Source: Actinomycetes bacterium (GTDB lineage: Bacteria; Actinomycetota; Actinomycetes; DATJPE01). From it: a DNA stretch of 64,000 bases. The stretch spans positions 63,966 to 127,965 of the forward strand of contig DATJPE010000063.1 of NCBI GenBank assembly GCA_035506535.1. Direction: 5' to 3'. Positions within the stretch are counted from its first letter, which is position 1. The number at the start of each line of letters is the position of its first letter. The translations under genes and the position numbers were made by a program. A model generated the notes under the pieces. That model had not been told where the DNA came from, ran no database searches, and was given only the letters and a program-made list of their open reading frames with translations. Shown piece after piece: positions 63,481 through 64,000 of this stretch.

Positions 63481-64000
63481 TCAGGCGGCGGGGGCGGGGT
63501 AGACCTCCGCCTCGGTGGCCTTGAGGCTGACCCACACGGGATGGCCGGGCGCCAGGTCGAGCGCCGCGACGGCGGCCGGCGTCACGTCGACCAGGGCGTT
63601 CGGGGGACCGGCGACCGCGACCCGTACCCGGTCCCCGAGTGGCTCGAGGCCGCTGACGCGGCCGGCCCACGCGTTGCGAGGTGAGCCGCCGGGCGCCGCG
63701 AGGTGCAGGCCGAGCGCGGCTGGGCGTACGGCCACCAGGACCGGCCCGTCCATCGACGTGTCGGCCACGACGACGTGCCCCCCGCCGGCCAGCACGACGT
63801 CGCCGTGAGCGGCCCGCCCCGGCCACAGGTTGAGGCCGAGCAGGCTGGCCACGTACGCCGTCGCCGGGCGCCGCCCCACCTCCGCCGGCGTCCCCCGCTG
63901 GGCGACCCTGCCCCCCTCGAGGACCAGCAGCGAGTCGGCCAGCACCATCGCCTCCACCGCGTCGTGGGTCACGACGAGAGACGGCCCGGAGAACGCGTGC
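63481..64000 (-). CDS. ABC transporter ATP-binding protein, C-terminal part with TOBE/Mop-like domain (molybdate/sulfate ModC/CysA type); the 5' end lies outside the window
   Basis: The frame stays open to the window edge. ...LVVTHDAVEAMVLADSLLVLEGGRV is the end of the ABC ATPase domain. The TOBE-like beta-rich tail follows. Confidence 0.6.
   Translation of the reverse strand, partial: HAFSGPSLVVTHDAVEAMVLADSLLVLEGGRVAQRGTPAEVGRRPATAYVASLLGLNLWPGRAAHGDVVLAGGGHVVVADTSMDGPVLVAVRPAALGLHLAAPGGSPRNAWAGRVSGLEPLGDRVRVAVAGPPNALVDVTPAAVAALDLAPGHPVWVSLKATEAEVYPAPAA

Overview
This is a 64-kb window of a high-GC (about 72%) actinobacterial chromosome. Gene content points to a Nocardioidaceae/Corynebacteriales-like organism: a dodecin, F420-linked enzymes, a tuberculostearate-type methyltransferase/FAD-reductase pair (BfaB/BfaA-like) and a TadA-associated protein. 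I call about 70 protein-coding genes on both strands and three tRNAs: Ser-CGA, Arg-ACG and Ser-GCT. I found no rRNA, CRISPR array, transposase or integrase. Most other long ORFs in the six-frame track are antisense or alternate-frame artefacts of the GC bias. In window order the main blocks are as follows.
(1) Tail of a biotin carboxylase, a carboxyltransferase and a HAD-IIA hydrolase.
(2) A ferric-reductase-like membrane flavocytochrome with a secreted FMN-binding protein.
(3) zur, a candidate Zur box, and znuA-znuC-znuB plus a second permease, followed by a secreted CHAP-domain peptidoglycan hydrolase with a long leader.
(4) tRNA-Ser, tadA, a TadA-associated protein and upp.
(5) The pntAA-pntAB-pntB transhydrogenase operon.
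(6) An XRE-HTH/TPR regulator divergent from a 47-aa secreted peptide gene that is absent from the ORF track. This is a candidate peptide-signalling (RNPP-like) module.
(7) A GlcD-like FAD oxidase, an EAL phosphodiesterase, a TMEM175-like channel, a BNR protein and a secreted Cys-rich protein.
(8) A cyclic-nucleotide signalling island: a 1275-aa dual-cyclase/AAA+/TPR STAND protein, an MFS transporter fused to a cNMP-binding domain, a cNMP-binding/MBL-hydrolase/cNMP-binding triad, and a CpdA-like metallophosphoesterase.
(9) Mixed metabolism genes: a sirtuin, a CPBP protease, a BBE-like oxidase, a GH32 hydrolase and a DEAD-box helicase.
(10) A flavin/F420 lipid-catabolic cluster: qor, dodecin, LLM oxidoreductase, thiolase, SDR, CoA-transferase/racemase, NADPH:F420 reductase, acyl-CoA dehydrogenase and thioesterase.
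(11) rpiA, bfaB/bfaA-like genes, phhA, a MobA-like gene, a FUSC exporter, SURF1, an HExxH membrane protein and a partial ABC ATPase.
The most striking sequence-level feature is a dispersed family of 55-60 bp double-palindrome repeats. I count 8 loci and 9 copies, all intergenic. The GAATGAACGCGGCGTTC arm is the constant part and the CCAATAGGTCCGACT-type core is the variable part. Coordinates may be off by 1-2 nt in places, because my hand indexing of the sequence text and the ORF track disagreed by one base at two line boundaries.
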